Assembly (NCBI GenBank): GCA_963750465.1
Contig: CAVVRE010000007.1
Coordinates: 21,818-85,817, forward strand
Length of the DNA: 64,000 bases
Reading direction: 5' to 3'
From: an uncultured Acidimicrobiaceae bacterium
GTDB lineage: Bacteria > Actinomycetota > Acidimicrobiia > Acidimicrobiales > Palsa-688
The notes beneath the pieces are model-generated. The model saw nothing but the letters and a program-made list of their open reading frames with translations. It had not been told where the DNA came from and ran no database searches. The translations under genes and the position numbers were made by a program. Shown piece after piece: positions 63,246 through 64,000 of this stretch (positions are counted from its first letter, which is position 1; the number at the start of each line of letters is the position of its first letter).

Positions 63246-63263
63246 GGTACGCTTATCCACTGA
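63246..63263. repeat. Right copy of the 18-bp direct repeat (attR-like), ending in the A of the frr ATG
   Basis: Identical to 56291-56308. Confidence 0.85.
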
Positions 63264-63838
63264 TGGCCGACACCCTGGTTGACACGGCAGTAGAAGACTG
63301 CAAGGAGCGGATGGCACGCGCTCTCGAGCACACCAAAAGTGAGTTCTCGAGCATCCGGACGGGCCGCGCCGCTCCTGCGCTAGTCGAGAAGCTGAAGGTC
63401 GAGTACTACGGGGCCGATGTGCCCTTGCAGCAACTCGCCGGGCTGCATGTGCCAGAGGCCAGGGTGCTGGTCATCTCCCCGTACGACAAGGGGCCGGGAG
63501 TCATAAAAGCGATCGAAAAGGCGGTCCAGTCATCAGATCTCGGCATCACGCCGAGCAACGATGGTTCGGTTATCCGGTTGAATTTCCCGGTGCTCACCGC
63601 TGAAAGGCGCAAGGATCTCGTGAAGGTCGCTCATCAAAAGGCCGAGGACGGCAGGGTCGCAGTTCGAAATGTCCGACGGGCGACAAGGAAGGACCTCGAG
63701 GCGCTCGAAAAGGACGGCGACATTTCCACCGACGAGCTTTCCCACGCCGAAAAGGACCTCGACAAGCTCACTCACGACTACACCACCGAGATCGACCGCG
63801 TGCTGGCGCACAAGGAACAGGAGCTGCTCAACAGTTGA
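63263..63838 (+). CDS. frr: Ribosome recycling factor
   Basis: 'MADTLVD...SIRTGRAAPALVEKLKVEYYGADVPLQQLAGLHVPEARVLVISPYDK...'. Confidence 0.9.
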   Translation: MADTLVDTAVEDCKERMARALEHTKSEFSSIRTGRAAPALVEKLKVEYYGADVPLQQLAGLHVPEARVLVISPYDKGPGVIKAIEKAVQSSDLGITPSNDGSVIRLNFPVLTAERRKDLVKVAHQKAEDGRVAVRNVRRATRKDLEALEKDGDISTDELSHAEKDLDKLTHDYTTEIDRVLAHKEQELLNS

Positions 63839-64000
63839 GCTGGCGCGCCGGGCGACGCCGAGCCGAGGTCCAAGACACCGAGGTGGTGGCCGACGCCCCG
63901 CCCGACCCGTGGGGGGAGTCCGGGCCGCCGGTGGACTACGACCCCGAAGCGGTCACCACGCCGCTGGAGCTAGCCGAAGCCCGGGCGGCGGCCAGAGCCC

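Overview
This is a GC-rich (~68-70%) chromosomal segment that reads as an actinobacterium. The calls that follow rest on motif-level reading of the six-frame track, not on database searches. The organism assignment rests on Rv2901c/DUF2469-like, Bpa, def-fmt-rsmB, menaquinone and rpsB-tsf-pyrH-frr synteny. The backbone is housekeeping operons: def-fmt-rsmB, mogA, hisG, dnaE, ffh-rpsP-KH-rimM-trmD-rplS, yraN-comM/yifB-dprA, xerC, whiG-type sigma, rpsB-tsf-pyrH/frr, and a menaquinone cluster (menE/menA/menH/menD/menF/menG). The accessory material I rate most interesting: (1) At the left edge, a large regulator fuses a SARP (OmpR-type wHTH + BTAD) module to a class III nucleotide cyclase and an AAA/NB-ARC-type ATPase. 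I do not recognise this domain order, and it carries a frameshift. (2) A roughly 3-kb islet lies next to tRNA-Leu(CAA), with a tyrosine integrase, an IS110-family transposase remnant and a low-GC stretch. (3) A 6.95-kb integrated element is flanked by a perfect 18-bp direct repeat and inserted exactly at the overlapping pyrH stop/frr start (TGATG). It carries a parallel beta-helix secreted protein, a TauE/SafE exporter, orphan ORFs and a decayed integrase. (4) At least five GC-rich short tandem-repeat arrays sit in intergenic regions, two of them inside the men cluster. (5) Some 20 apparent frameshifts, or an in-frame stop, occur in otherwise intact genes, including essential dnaE and ffh, and several sit in homopolymer runs. 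This most likely reflects indel errors in the assembly rather than real pseudogenes, and it must temper every 'pseudogene' interpretation. No rRNA and no CRISPR array were seen. One tRNA was found.
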